Source: Takakia lepidozioides (taxonomy: Eukaryota; Plantae; Bryophyta). Taken from it: 64,000 nucleotides of DNA. Below the pieces are notes generated by a model. It was not told the origin of the DNA and did not search any database. It saw nothing but the letters and a program-made list of their open reading frames with translations. The stretch is taken from contig CM060733.1 in NCBI GenBank assembly GCA_030704615.1, positions 72,416,001 to 72,480,000 of the forward strand. Direction: 5' to 3'. Shown one piece after another: positions 24,051 through 34,750 of this stretch. A program made the position numbers and the translations under genes. Within the stretch, counting starts at the first letter, position 1. Each line of letters begins with the position of its first letter.

Positions 24051-24217
24051 TCCATACCTATCGCTGCCACTGCCCCCACCACAGGGGCAGCCCCTCTTGT
24101 GTCCCGACCCCCCTGCCCTCAAGGCAAAGGGCCGCGACACTCCAAGCCTCATCATCTTCAGGCACATCACTGCCATCTTTATTAACATCTTCTTCTTCAT
24201 CCACTCGAGGTATTAGT

Positions 24218-26282
24218 TTAGCTTCTGGTAACTATCATTGTACTTACTTCTGGTACAAAACATGGCATAACCATGTGAGATGCCATTACTGGGCCTTCAT
24301 TCACAGGAGCTCTCTTCTCTTTTTGGTGTCTGATCCAAAATGGACAGGCTGCTTTGCAATGTCTTGCCTGGTTACAATAGTAACACAGTTCCTCACCATT
24401 GGGTCCTCGCCCTTGGTCTGTTCTGGGATTATTTCTATAATCCTGATTCCCTGGCTGGTAATTCCTCCTTGGATTACCCTGATAGTTGCCTCTGGGATTG
24501 CCTTGGTAATTCCCTCTTGGATTACCTCTCCCTGCCATACCATTGTTGTATCCACCAGGCCTACCATAGTGGTCTTGATCATTGTTTCTTCTTGGCTGGG
24601 GCTGTACTTGATGCACCCTCACTTGCCTAGGTTCTCTTGCAGCTGTCCTTCTGTTGTAATAACAATTCTCAGTAGAATGGTTATCCATTTTACAGATAGT
24701 ACAGTGTTTCTCCTTCATGTGGCATTCAGTTGTGGTATGGCCTTCATTCTGGCATTTTGCACACCAAACACCCTTCCTCCAATGTGTAGCAGGCTCTGTG
24801 GCATACTTTTTCAAGATTTCTTCTAGTCTTTTCTCATAGTTGTCCCTCTTCAACTTTTCCTTCTTCTTACTCTTTCTCTTGAGCTCTTGCTCTTTTTCTT
24901 CATCTGACTCATCTTCAGAGTCCTCATCATCCCTTTTATCTCTCCTGAGCATTCCCAATTGCTCAATTCTGTCGGCTGTCTCGAATGCCTCATCCACTGT
25001 ATTATGGGGTAGCATATCCACTTTCTTTTGTAATTCCGGTCTTAGTCCACTCACAAACCAGGTCTTCTGTAATCCTAGTGCTGGTACAGCAGCCAGCTTT
25101 TTCATCATTAACTCCATCTTTTCCATGTACTCTTCAACAGTTTCATGCTTCTTTTGCCTTAACTGTTGTAAACTTCCATACACTTCATCCTCAGTTTTGC
25201 TTGTCCTAAACCTGTTCCAAAATGCTATACTAAGGCCATTCCAGGTTAGGAAATGATTATTAGGAAACCTTGCATACCATTCACTTGCTTTCTTGATAAG
25301 TGAACAAGGAAACAGTCTCATCTTGGCATCATCGCCATTCTCATTGTTCACAATACACATGCGCTCAAATTGGCTGATGTGTACATCAGGATCCCCTTTT
25401 CCTGCATATATTGGAAAAGGTGGTTTTGCTCGTGTTGGAGGTACCGCCATCTGTGGCCCTACACCCTGCCCTCGGACAGGTGTTGGTCCTCCTATAGGTG
25501 TTGGTCCTTGAGGTCCTGCTGTTGCAGTGGTGGAACTCCCACTAGGTGTTGGCCCCTGAGCACTCCCTGATACTGGGCCCCCTTTACTTGCAGTATCCCC
25601 AGCTCTAGTTGCACTACTTCCCACACTCCCTGTCCCCCCAGAGCCAGATCCAAGCTGCCCGCCTGATCCCCCTAAGCGGACACCTTTGTTGGCTTGTGAT
25701 CCAAGTGCTCCACTTGATCCACATCCAACAGGTTGGGATGCCCTGGTTGTAGTCTCAACCTCAACTGTTGGGTCTACTTCTTCATACTCTTCATCTTCCA
25801 ATTTCTTCTCTCTGTTTTCTTCTTCCAAGTTCTGCCCTTGGGTTTCTTCTTCTTCACTCATGTAACTCAATTGCAATGGTGGTGGGAGTCTGAACTCTCC
25901 GTTGGCTCTGCCACATCCTCCCCTCCTTCTTTGTCTTCCATTTCAGAAACTGGAGTTCCTGCTTTTGGTGTTCCAAGCCAACTCTGATCAAAGATTTCTG
26001 TCAAATCTTTAATCCAGGGATGTACTCACATCTCTCCCCTCGTGGCTGATCTTCTTCCTGTACCAAATCCCTTAATCTTTCTTGTAAAGAATAAGAAGGA
26101 GCGGCATCCAACTCTGGTTTTTCCGGTATGGATGATGTACTCTCTGGTCTTAATGGTGTGAGAGGTCCAGATGATTCCCCTATGTCTATTCCTTTCTCCC
26201 AAAGATATGGATAATTAGCTTTCAAATAACTTTCTCTTTTTGCTGAATATCTCTGAAGTCTAGCTTCTCTTTCATCACTCAT
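24218..26282 (-). pseudogene. gag: Gag of gypsy A (capsid plus three CCHC knuckles), disrupted
   Basis: DPDVHISQFE..LFPCSLIKKASEWY; CAKCQNEGHTTTEC, CTICKMDNHSTENC, CYYCNQARHCKAAC. Confidence 0.9.
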
Positions 26283-26302
26283 GTCCCATGTCTTTCATAT
26301 CT

Positions 26303-26997
26303 TTAATGAGGCAATAACCAAAACTCTCTTCTGTAGTATCTCTCGTATATGCCTGGATTTCTTTCAAGCTTTAATGCACCCTTAGCTATACTAGAAGTCT
26401 CCGTTACCATATAACCATATGGCAAGCACGTCTGAAAAGCTGTTCTTGGTGTAAGTTTGATCCACGGGATATCCTTAGGAATCCAATTCTTTACTAGTAC
26501 AAGTTCTTCATGCATATGAGTGTAAACATTCACTTTCCGTTCCTCCCAACTTTCAAACTCAACTCGTTTAATGGATAGCAACGCTATCACATAAACCAGT
26601 GTTGGTAACGAACTTGATCTCCCTCTACAGGCCACTTGATATATCTTTATCACTTCTTTCTCCAGACCCCGCTCAGGATCAGCATCATGCACTCTCTTAA
26701 GAATGTTTTATTTGCAACCGTCTGGCAATTCCAAGAACCTCTAAAAGAATTGTTTGGACAATCTTTCTTTCTTAGTTCCACAAGGAATTTGAGTCACATC
26801 AAATTCTTTGATTCTCCAACCACCATGATCCCACCAGATGCCTGTCACATCTGGTTGTTCTTGACCCAGTTCCCCAGTATGGTCGCCAAATGTCGCGCGG
26901 CTTTTACTCACCCATCCCTTCGCTATCCGAGGTGGGAACTCCAAGATAGAAGAGTTGGATATCTCTAAGCACTCAGGCCGCTCAGAACAATCAGTCG
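26303..26997 (-). pseudogene. Extra 5' ORF (ORF0) of gypsy A, one premature stop
   Basis: Homologous to 39637-40277 and 61187-61880. Confidence 0.7.
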
Positions 26998-27281
26998 TGA
27001 CCTACAACTAGTGTATCATGGGAGTGCTCAATGGGAGTGGGACCAATCACTCATCCATTCATTCCACAGCTTCACTCAGGTCTCACTACACAGTGTGAGT
27101 ATGGAATATGTATTAGATTAAGATCTATCAAGTATCAGGCCAAAGCCATGGTGTCTCTAGTCTGCTCTACAGTTCAACTCTACAGCTTGCATAAATCAAG
27201 CATCATCTCCTCGTATGTGTAATCTCATTTCCCTGTGCCCCAAGATTGTGCTCTCCGCTTGACCTCCTTCCGTGATGTACA

Positions 27282-27431
27282 TGTTAGAGGGCTGCTTGGG
27301 ACTTTAACGCTTTTACGGGTTCTGTGGGGTACCCTTAATTTTTACACAGACTAAGACCAACATGAGCCTTAGGGGTGACAGCAGCAGGCTTTAGGGGGGG
27401 GGGGGGGGTTACACAGCCCGACACAGCCAGT
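27282..27431 (+). mobile_element. 5' portion of another same-family LTR (copy E), inserted in LTR A and itself interrupted by copy B
   Basis: Begins TGTTAGAGG like all other LTR starts; duplicates 27432-27570 with substitutions. Confidence 0.8.
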
Positions 27432-28594
27432 TGTTAGAGGACTGTCTGGGACTTAGGCACTTTTACGGGATCTGTGGGGTACCCTTAATTTTTGCACAGA
27501 CTGAGACCAACAGGAGCCTTAGGGGTGACAGCAGCGCACTTTAGGGGGGGGGTTTACACAGCCCGTCACAGCCAACATAGCCCGTCACAGCCAATCACAG
27601 CCAATCACAGCCAAACACAGCCCGTCACAGACACACAGCCAGTCACAGCCCGACATAGCCCAACACAGTCGCACAACCAATCACAGCCCGACACAGCCCG
27701 TCACAGCCCAACACAGTCGCACAGCCAATCACAGCTCGACACAGCCCGTCACAGCCCAACAAAGTCGCACACCCAGTCACAGCCAGTCACAGTTTCACAC
27801 AGCCAGTCACAGCGAGGTTTGCTATTTCATGAGCATGAGCGGCATGAGCGGCATGAGCAGAGTAGTAACACAATCGGTTTTCATGAGCAGAAGTACAAAT
27901 TTCGAAAATAAAAAAAACAATAAAAAACAATAAAAAACAATAAAAAACAATAATTTAATGCAATGTGTCAGAAAAAACAAATATATTATTCGGCCCCTTG
28001 AAGGGAAAATTGCACTTTTGACAGTTGTGCTCATGATATTTTGTCTTCCGCTCATGCCAATTCCTAGCGACATGTGCAAATATGGCGCCGAATTTCGCGG
28101 TAATAGGGTCCGTAACCTGAAAAAACGGCGACGTATTTCGCGGCAATAGGTCTCTCTGGCGAAAAATGGTGCCGAATTCCGCGGCTATAGGTCCCCTCAT
28201 GACAGGTAATTCGGCGCCATTTTTCCAGTGCATGTTCGGACTTAGCCAGTTTTCGGCCCAAAAAAGAGAAATTCGGCGCCATTTTTCCAGACACGGTACC
28301 AGTGCATGTTGGGACTTAGCCAGTTTTCGGCCCCAAAAAGAGAAATTCGGCGCCATTTTCCCAAACACAGGTACCAGTGCATGTTGGGACTTAGCGAGTT
28401 TTCGGCCCCAAAAAGAGAAATTCGGCGCCATTTTTCCAGAAATGGCCCCAGAACTGCTTCTGTTGGATCTCAGTTTGAATGGAATATTGCCTCATTCCAG
28501 GAGTTTTGGGGTGCATTTCATTACACTGCAAAAAAAAGTCTGATACAGCAAAATGCATTTGAAAATATCCATATGGAGGATTCCGTTTGCCCCA

Positions 28595-31500
28595 TCAATG
28601 ATTTCTGGAATCCCTAAGAAGGAGTTTGTGCAGCTCGTTCACGCTCAACGCCGGTGCATGAATAAAGTCATCAATAGTCACGTTCATCCTCAACCTCTTC
28701 AGGTAAATGTAATACAGATGCTTGCACGGATAATACTTCGAACCCTTCTTTGCTTCCATCAACGAGAAGTCCGTACAGTTGCAAGTCGGCTCCACTCCAA
28801 TCGTAATTGTGTATACATCGTCGCGTACAGCCGAGCCGGCCGTTGCCATCCGATACACACGCCCAAGGCCGGGTGGGGGTACGTCCACGGAGCTCTGAAT
28901 AGTGCAAGCCATCCCAAGAGCATTGGCAATCCGAGTCTCATTCAACTTGTTGGGAGGGTGTCGTCTCTTCACTCTTCCGAATCGCATTGTGGGATGTGCA
29001 GAATTGTCCAATCCGTCTCTACTGGACCGAGCAGTATGCAATGGCTGGGTCTGAGGAACCGGAAATGCGTGGGCCGGGATGTCTGTGCGTTGCACCATTC
29101 GAAATCCTGCTGCAGATAGAGCATCCGCCTCATTCTGAGAGAGGCTGCAACCCGGTGCAACAGGCCAGACGCCCGGAGGCTCCGGCATTCCCTGAATCCC
29201 GTACTTGGGCTTGCCAAATACACAGGTCATTATGTCGTGCCTACAGAACCAAAATGTCTGCGTTGTGGCGTGAGCAAATGTGGGAGTCAAAAATCTGCCG
29301 CTGAAACAAGGTGCAGGTACAGCACCGTGTGGGTTCCTCCGAATCATCTCACCACAGCGTGCTCTCGTATCCACCCGAATGGCGCAACACTTCCCTCGAA
29401 ATGCCGGCAATGTCCTCGCAATTCTCCACTGTGACTCCGACACTCTTGTCTCCACAATGGGAATGTTGTATTGCTTTACTACAGATGGCTCGTTATGTTG
29501 CCGGGGCACGCGCCCTGTGCTCAAAGGAGATGGCGATCTTGAACGTGCAGGACTTCCGGTGCTCGACGAGACCTCCTCGGACAACATCACCGGACCACGA
29601 GGGAGCGTGCGAATATTCTTGTCAGCTCGCCATGAATCCTCTTCTCCGCCAGGTGCCTCGTCAAGTCTTCGTCTCACTGGACGGGTATGAACATCTCCTT
29701 CCAAATGTTGGCCTCTTCGCAGCAATGGCGTGTCCCGAAGGCCCTCTCGCAAGGCCGCCGCCCACTTCCGAGGATTCTTCGATCTGGAGGCAGTCCGCAT
29801 CAGCATTTCCTGCCTGTCCGGCCCCAAGCCCCACTGTTTCCCTTTCAAGAACTCGTTGTACCTGCATTGCTGCATAATTGACCTCACAATGTCCTCCGTT
29901 GTGGCAGTGAGGATGTCCACCAGATGCGCCGCAGAGGAGGCACGCCAGGAAGAGTGCACTGATTCGGCCATGTTTGTCGTGGGCATGTCGGTGTCGGAGT
30001 CGAGACACATTTCCTGCACAAGCACATGTTGAGGTTACAAGCAAGTTACAAATATGGCCAAGAATAATATCCAACGGGACGCGAATTCGTGCAACTCACC
30101 TCCCGCATATAGTCGCCGAACTGGAGGAAACGATAATGCCACCATGCTAGCCAACTGACCATTGCTCTTTCGTCTGATTTCCTTACAGCACCTGACGATG
30201 TCCACCAAGCCCGTATGCATGCAAACTGTGTCTCTGCATCATCCAAGGTGGGAGCGCGCTTCCACGCAAGGCACATGGAACGGGCTGCTCCTCTCTGAAA
30301 TCTGGCGCCACGAGCCTGGTTGTGTACTGCGAAAGGCTCTGCAGAAAGTGGAACCCACAAGATCTCTCCTTGCCTTCCATGGGAACATTGGGGTCTTGCC
30401 CGTACACCCTTCGGATGGCAGCCCAATTTGCTTGTGCGTTGTCCGCCATGAAACCACGGAAATTGGGAGGGGGCAATCCCGCCTTGGCCATCTGTTCGTT
30501 ATTCCCTGCCAAAGAAGCATCTCCGATTGTGTGTCCTCTCCTTTCATCTCACAAATAGCTATTGTCATTAGCATCCTGCAGTGGGTGTCGTAGACATGTG
30601 CACCCATTGTCACCCACTGGTGATTTGTAATTCGCTTGATATGGTCGAACATGACCCAACTGTTTGACAAGTTCCCACTCGTCATCCTGTCGACCAGTTC
30701 GACGCCACTGCCAGGTCCACACGTGGACATTTTGAATACGAAACAACGATCTGCCTCAGTCCCTTGTCCTGGAAACCTACTTCCATGAATGTAGTCATAT
30801 CCACATCGTCGCTTCACCTCCAGAATGGAGTGCATATCCGAGCCACGCCCAATTTTCTGTTTGCAAGAGACAATGTGGTTTCGGACATTCGGTGAACATA
30901 CGTGGGACACCGACTCGAGCAATGCCTCCATTTCCTTCTCGTCGAGAGGAACTCTATCCGAGCCGTCTTCCGACATAATTCTGGCCAATGCCATCTTATG
31001 GGCGGCTTGGAGCTGTATCTGTTTGGGTTTGGCACCCGGTCTCAACTTAACCTCCTCCTGAACGAGCTGCTCTGCTTCGTGGGCAGCCTCCCGCGAGTTC
31101 CCCCTCGCCAATTTGTGACAATGGGAACCAACGTGTATGCAAGCTCGGGTGAGGTCAGGGAAACGGTGCAACACATAGAACTGCTTGGCATTACAAACAG
31201 ACATGCAGTGTGGTGGTTCTTTGCAATGCGCACACTTAAATGTGGAGTTCGGAACCTTCTCCTGAGCTCGAAATGGTTGGTGAGCTGTGCCTGTCCAATC
31301 GGTCTCGTTCCTGTGACCTCTGGATTTAAAGTGGAAGCAAGTTGGGGAGAAAACACAGCAACGCGCCCGCACAAACAACGTAGCGAACCCGCACACCATC
31401 AAGCATCTTCATGCTGGTGGTTTTGGTAACGCACCAAGGATGACCGTCATGTTTTCTATCCATATCTGTCAACATTCCGGACGCCCTCGAGTAGTCCGCC

Positions 31501-32188
31501 CGAGGAGGGAACTCAAAGAAGACATTACCGTCGACGTCGCGGGAAGGCATGTAACCGATTTAATTGCGAACTTGCTGTAGTCAGCCCGGCCAGCTCCGAC
31601 CGGTGTCCCTCCAGGTGAAGCCCTCGCAGAATTTCTAGAATAGATCGAACTGCGGTGCTCGTGCTGGGAATATGACTCCCTCCTCCACTGACGTCCATTG
31701 AGGACTTGCCTGATCTCCAGGACGACCTCGGAACTTCCATGACCTCGTCTGAGTCGGACAGGTTGTGAACAACCCGGTTCTCGGTCGTCTTCATGGATGG
31801 GTTCGGCTCTGGATTTACTTCGTTGCGGACTTCTCTCTTTGAGGTACCCCCTCTCTGATTCGCGGATTGTTTCGTGGAAGGCGCCAGGATAGACGGTGCA
31901 TTTGGCGGGCAAATGAAGTCCCAACAGCCCTGTATATGACGCTGTCCGATGGTGGAACTCGCCATTCCCTGCCATCGCCGAAATCATCGTGGAGCACAAC
32001 AATACTCTCGACAACAAGGCCGTTTGAGTCCTTCCTTTCCTCCTCCAAAAAAACCGACCCCGGTTTCAGGTGGTATCGAACGCACAGATATTTCTCCATC
32101 ACCCGGCAGGTGTCCCCTCTGCACGGAAATGAAGCTCTATGCTCGTGAGGAGGGCAGTACACAGTGTAGCGCTCGGGTTTTCCGCCAT
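28595..32188 (-). pseudogene. MULE transposase of copy 2 (GCM-like + DDE + SWIM), intron 30014-30099, several frameshifts in the 5' half
   Basis: Same motifs as 11251-14849 (WVMFDH, FMADNAQA, CGFHFLQ, TNMAESVH, CNCTDF..PCKH); last exon fully open. Confidence 0.85.
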
Positions 32189-32569
32189 GGGAGATGTGCA
32201 CACAAGACTGCCAGGATGGCGTGCGGGGAAGCTCCCTGGTAGAAGGGGGTGCAGCGATGGGAATGAATGCGATGCCGATTTGTCCGAGCGACGAAGCCTG
32301 ATCCAAATCCAGGGAGCCAACTATCTCAAAAATCCACAGTCAGAGTGTTAATGAACCTTGTCTCCGGAATGCGGCCCCTCGTCTTTGCGCAATAACTGCC
32401 AACGGTATGCAGTCAGAAAGTGGGGGGCCGTCCGGATGATGACGGCTGAAGGGGATAAGCCGGCACCGTGCCGTCACATTACTACCCGAATGGAAATCGG
32501 AACCAAACTCCAACAGAGGAAGCCCGGATGAAGTCGCCCTCGGCGCGACGAGAGGTGGGAGAGGGTGAA

Positions 32570-34250
32570 GTCGGATCGGTGCCATATGGATATTCGGCGC
32601 CGAATTTTTCATCCTGCAGGTAATTCGAATCATGGAATGAATGGGAAATTCGGGCCGAATTTCCATCCAGCGGTAAGTCGGATCGGTTGCCATCTGGATA
32701 TTCGGCGGAATTTCCATCCTGCAGGTAATTCGAATCGTGGATGAATGGAAATCGGCGCCGAATTCCATCCAGCGGGAAGTCGGATCGGTGCCATATGGAT
32801 ATTCGGCGACGAATTTCCATCCTGCAGGTAATTTCGAACTCCCTGGAGGAATGGAAAATTCGGCGCACAAAACCCACATTTTCCATCCAGCAGGTAAGTC
32901 GGTCGGTGCCATATGGATATTCGGCGGCCGAATTTCATCCTGCAGGTAATTCGGAATTCATGGATGAATGGAAATTCGGCGCGAATTTCATCCAGCAGGT
33001 TAAGTCGGATCGGTGCCATCAGGATATTCGGCCGCAGAATTTCCATCCTGAAGGTAATCGAATCGTGGATGAATGGAATTCGGCGCCGAATTTCCATCCA
33101 GCAGGTAAGTCGGATCGTGCCATATGGATATTCGGCGCCGAATTTCCATCCTGCAGGTAATTCGAATCAGGATGAATGGAACTTCGGCGCCGAACTTTCT
33201 ATCCAGCAGGTGGTGGGGGTAAGTCGGATCGGTGGCCATATGGGAAATTCGGCGCCGAATTTCCACCTGCAGGTAATTCGAATCGTGGATGAATGGAACC
33301 TTCCGCGCCGACCGAATTTCCATCCAGCAGGTAAGTAGGATGGTGCCATATGGATATTCGGCGCCGAATTCATCTGCAGGTTTTTTAATTTCGAATCGTG
33401 ATGGAATGGAAATTCAGGGAGACGAATCCACATCAAGAAGGTAAGGTAGGATCGTGCCATATGGATATTCGGCGACGAAATTTCCATCAAGCAGGTAAGT
33501 CGGATCGGTGCCATATGGGAATATTCGGTCGCCGATTTTCATCTGAGGTAATTCGAAATCGTGGGAATGGAATGGGAAATTCGGCGCCGAATTTCCATCA
33601 GGAGGTAAGTAGGATCCAGTGCCGTAGGATATTCGGGCGCGGATTTCAATCGCCCTTTTATTTTGAGCGAGGATTACGTCGTGCGGTAATTCCCATATAG
33701 GAATTACCTTTGTGCCGGGTAATTCGCATACAAGGAATTTACCTTTGTGAACGGTAATTTCCAGAGGACAATTACCTTCCTGCAGGTTTTAATTTCCCAA
33801 TCGATGTTCTTTCCTTCGTCAAGAAATTACCTGCACAAAGGTAATTCTCATCTGGGAAAATTACCTGCATTGGAAGGTTAATTCTTGTATGTGATTTCAC
33901 CGAACGAAATGTAATTCTTATTATCGGCGGGAATTAACCTGCTTACGGAGGAAATGTCCCTCTGCTCAGGAAAAGAAATAAAATAAATGCGAGAATCGAA
34001 ATTCGGCGCCGAATATCGCCATATTGGCACCGCATCGACTTACCGCAGGATGGAAACTTCGGCGCCGATTACCTGCTTGAAGGAAATTTGGCGCAAACCG
34101 CGATACCTGCGCGGATGGAAATTCGGCGCCGGATTCACATCAGCGCGCATCCGAATTACCTGCTGAAGGAAAGAGTTGGCGTCCAAAGCCTAAAATGCGC
34201 GGATGGAAATTCGGGCCGGCTTCCATCCGGGCGACATCCGAATAACGGGC
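32570..34250. repeat. Array of 22-bp palindromes GGA(A/T)ATTCGGCGCCGAATTTCC at ~53-bp mean spacing (two alternating spacers), indel-rich towards the gap
   Basis: Starts near 32588, 32644, 32696, 32747, 32797, 32853. Confidence 0.85.
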
Positions 34251-34750
34251 NNNNNNNNNNNNNNNNNNNNNNNNNNNNNNNNNNNNNNNNNNNNNNNNNN
34301 NNNNNNNNNNNNNNNNNNNNNNNNNNNNNNNNNNNNNNNNNNNNNNNNNNNNNNNNNNNNNNNNNNNNNNNNNNNNNNNNNNNNNNNNNNNNNNNNNNNN
34401 NNNNNNNNNNNNNNNNNNNNNNNNNNNNNNNNNNNNNNNNNNNNNNNNNNNNNNNNNNNNNNNNNNNNNNNNNNNNNNNNNNNNNNNNNNNNNNNNNNNN
34501 NNNNNNNNNNNNNNNNNNNNNNNNNNNNNNNNNNNNNNNNNNNNNNNNNNNNNNNNNNNNNNNNNNNNNNNNNNNNNNNNNNNNNNNNNNNNNNNNNNNN
34601 NNNNNNNNNNNNNNNNNNNNNNNNNNNNNNNNNNNNNNNNNNNNNNNNNNNNNNNNNNNNNNNNNNNNNNNNNNNNNNNNNNNNNNNNNNNNNNNNNNNN
34701 NNNNNNNNNNNNNNNNNNNNNNNNNNNNNNNNNNNNNNNNNNNNNNNNNN
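34251..34750. other. Assembly gap (500 N)
   Basis: Run of N; the round size suggests a placeholder of unknown true length. Confidence 0.99.

Larger units (their letters stand above)
7823..24140 (-). mobile_element. MULE copy 3 (divergent subfamily): terminus at 7823, minus-strand transposase split by copy 1, 116-bp array, plus-strand ParB-like cargo; right part lost at the gypsy A junction
   Basis: 7823 GAGCGTAGCTACGGCGTGAGC matches 14/21 positions of the copy-2 TIR and interrupts a repeat unit exactly. Transposase C- and N-terminal parts flank copy 1 on the same strand. Divergent transposase/cargo layout as in copy 2. Joining the pieces into one element is an inference. Confidence 0.6.
24140..27281 (-). 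mobile_element. Ty3/gypsy copy A, truncated (partial 5' LTR 26891-27281, PBS 26871-26888, ORF0, gag)
   Basis: Colinear with copy C 59030-62200; LTR end ...GCCGCGCGACA followed by TT-TGGCGACCATACTGGGGA on the minus strand. Confidence 0.9.

Noticed and set aside
23993-24826. 277-aa hydrophobic ORF
   Set aside because: Only the first ~19 codons belong to the cargo gene; the rest is mostly the antisense of gag A
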